From NCBI GenBank assembly GCA_947585605.1, contig CANPXC010000001.1:1-45362 (forward strand): 45,362 bases of DNA. The letters run 5' to 3'. Position numbers and translations under genes: made by a program. This DNA comes from Candidatus Gastranaerophilales bacterium (lineage in GTDB: Bacteria; Cyanobacteriota; Vampirovibrionia; Gastranaerophilales; Gastranaerophilaceae). Positions within the stretch are counted from its first letter, which is position 1. Each line of letters opens with the position of its first letter. Below are positions 44,248-45,362 of this stretch, piece after piece. Below the pieces are notes generated by a model. It was not told the origin of the DNA. It made no database searches and saw only the letters and a program-made list of their open reading frames with translations.

Positions 44248-45149
44248 TATTGTTTCTTTCTTAACTTTAAGAAATTTGTTAAAAATACATTTTCTATTTT
44301 TTCAGAATTATCATTAGCGAGTATTTTTTCCAAATCGTCTTTAAAAGTTGTTATATCTTCATATTTCCTTAAAATTCCGTCTATTGCGATTGAAATATCG
44401 CCGGTTTCTTCCGAAACAATAATGCAGGCAGAATCAGATATTTCACTTGCTCCTATTGCAGCTCTGTGTCTTGTTCCGTATCTCCAGCTGAGTTTTGGGT
44501 CTTCAGTAAGCGGTAAAAGTACACCTGCTGCAAGTATTTTATCATTATGAATTATCATTGCCCCGTCATGCAGCGGAGTATTGGGAAAAAATATTGTTAA
44601 TATTAATTCGGCAGATATATTTGCGTTAATTACTGTTCCGACTTCGTTATAAAATGACTGGTCATCAGTTTTTTGGATAACCATCAATGCGCCTCTTTTA
44701 ACTCTGCTGCAATATTTTACTGCTTCCGTAATTTCTTTTACTATATTAGTTTTTTGTTCTTTGTTATTTTGTTTAAAATTGAAAAAATTTTTTGCTACAA
44801 ATTTTGTTTGTCCTAAATGGACTAAAAGTCTTCTTAATTCAGGCTGGAATACAATTACCAATGAAAGAAGAATACCCGTTAATAAGTACTGAGCAAATTG
44901 TCCCAGTATTTGAAAATTTAATGCAATTAATACTGCAGAAAATATCCACGCAACAATAACGAAAAGTAAAATACCTCTAACCAGCTTTTCTGCCTGCGTA
45001 TTTCTAATGAATTTCCAGTATACGTATATTAAAAATAAGAATAATATTAAAACTTGTATAATGTCTTGCAGCGTAAAAGTTGCGGAACTCTTAACAAATT
45101 CTTGATTGTTTAAAAAATTTGAATAAAAATTTAATAAATTTTCGAACAT
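44247..45149 (-). CDS. cdaA: Diadenylate cyclase CdaA (DisA_N domain, three N-terminal TM helices)
   Basis: GALMVI, TPLHDGAMII and GTRHRAA motifs, membrane-anchored N-terminus. Confidence 0.88.
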   Translation of the reverse strand: MFENLLNFYSNFLNNQEFVKSSATFTLQDIIQVLILFLFLIYVYWKFIRNTQAEKLVRGILLFVIVAWIFSAVLIALNFQILGQFAQYLLTGILLSLVIVFQPELRRLLVHLGQTKFVAKNFFNFKQNNKEQKTNIVKEITEAVKYCSRVKRGALMVIQKTDDQSFYNEVGTVINANISAELILTIFFPNTPLHDGAMIIHNDKILAAGVLLPLTEDPKLSWRYGTRHRAAIGASEISDSACIIVSEETGDISIAIDGILRKYEDITTFKDDLEKILANDNSEKIENVFLTNFLKLRKKQ

Positions 45150-45362
45150 TAACTACCTAATTTACTTTCAGTTAATAATCTGTCGGGTATGACATCTGAT
45201 TCGCATAATTGTTCATAAGTCTGCCTATTAATTATAATATCAGATTTTCCATTATTTACAAGTACGGCAGCAGGTTTAAGTACTCGATTATAATTACTGG
45301 ACATGGAGTATCCGTATGCTCCCGTATTATAAAAACAAATGACATCCCCTTCTTCTATAACG
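45149..45362 (-). CDS. lysA: Diaminopimelate decarboxylase-like (group IV PLP decarboxylase) C-terminal fragment; 5' part outside window
   Basis: Own translation of the minus strand: VIEEGDVICFYNTGAYGYSMSSNYNRVLKPAAVLVNNGKSDIIINRQTYEQL...*. The GAY.YSM.SNYN...P..V.V block is typical. The stop TAA overlaps the cdaA ATG (TAATG). Not in the ORF track because it has no start in the window. Confidence 0.6.
   Translation of the reverse strand, partial: VIEEGDVICFYNTGAYGYSMSSNYNRVLKPAAVLVNNGKSDIIINRQTYEQLCESDVIPDRLLTESKLGS

Overview
AT-rich (roughly one-third G+C by eye), densely coding bacterial chromosomal window. I recognised no rRNA, tRNA, CRISPR array, transposase or integrase. The organism appears diderm (TpsB outer-membrane transporter) and flagellated. 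A low-GC Melainabacteria-like lineage is only a guess and cannot be tested here. Left flank (1-18.1 kb) is housekeeping: rpsG 3' end, yajQ, a lexA/umuC-like SOS pair, two paralogous exported coiled-coil proteins, rel, DUF167, secG, a long minus-strand operon (pxpA, split yvcK-like gene, panB, panC, unknown membrane protein, dut), a fliJ / fliK-like / flgE-like trio, a GNAT-like protein, a LUD-domain protein and a beta-carbonic anhydrase. Right flank (36.4-45.4 kb) is engB plus one tightly packed minus-strand operon: lysA 3' end, cdaA, eda-like aldolase, gcvPB, small unknown, radical-SAM/DUF2344 fusion, RNase E/G, small membrane protein. The centre (18.2-36.2 kb) looks accessory and is the best candidate for something undescribed. 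It holds (i) a 1941-aa signal-less giant protein whose only recognisable feature is a PepC/bleomycin-hydrolase-like cysteine-peptidase signature (Q241/C247 ... H932 ... N962-S-W-G) spread over about 720 residues, followed by a co-transcribed small exported protein. It also holds (ii) a two-partner-secretion locus with one TpsB divergent from three tandem, unusually short TpsA paralogs (833, 917, 650 aa). These share a near-identical 285-aa TPS module with a CxxC insertion, a conserved pre-tail module and junction motif, and unrelated C-terminal tails. Finally (iii) there is an exported TPR protein. Other observations: a consensus promoter, palindromic operator and leaderless geometry at lexA, with the same geometry at the DUF167 gene. 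Two apparent frame disruptions occur (rpsG C-terminal tail, yvcK-like gene). All functional calls rest on motif recognition by eye; no database search was possible.
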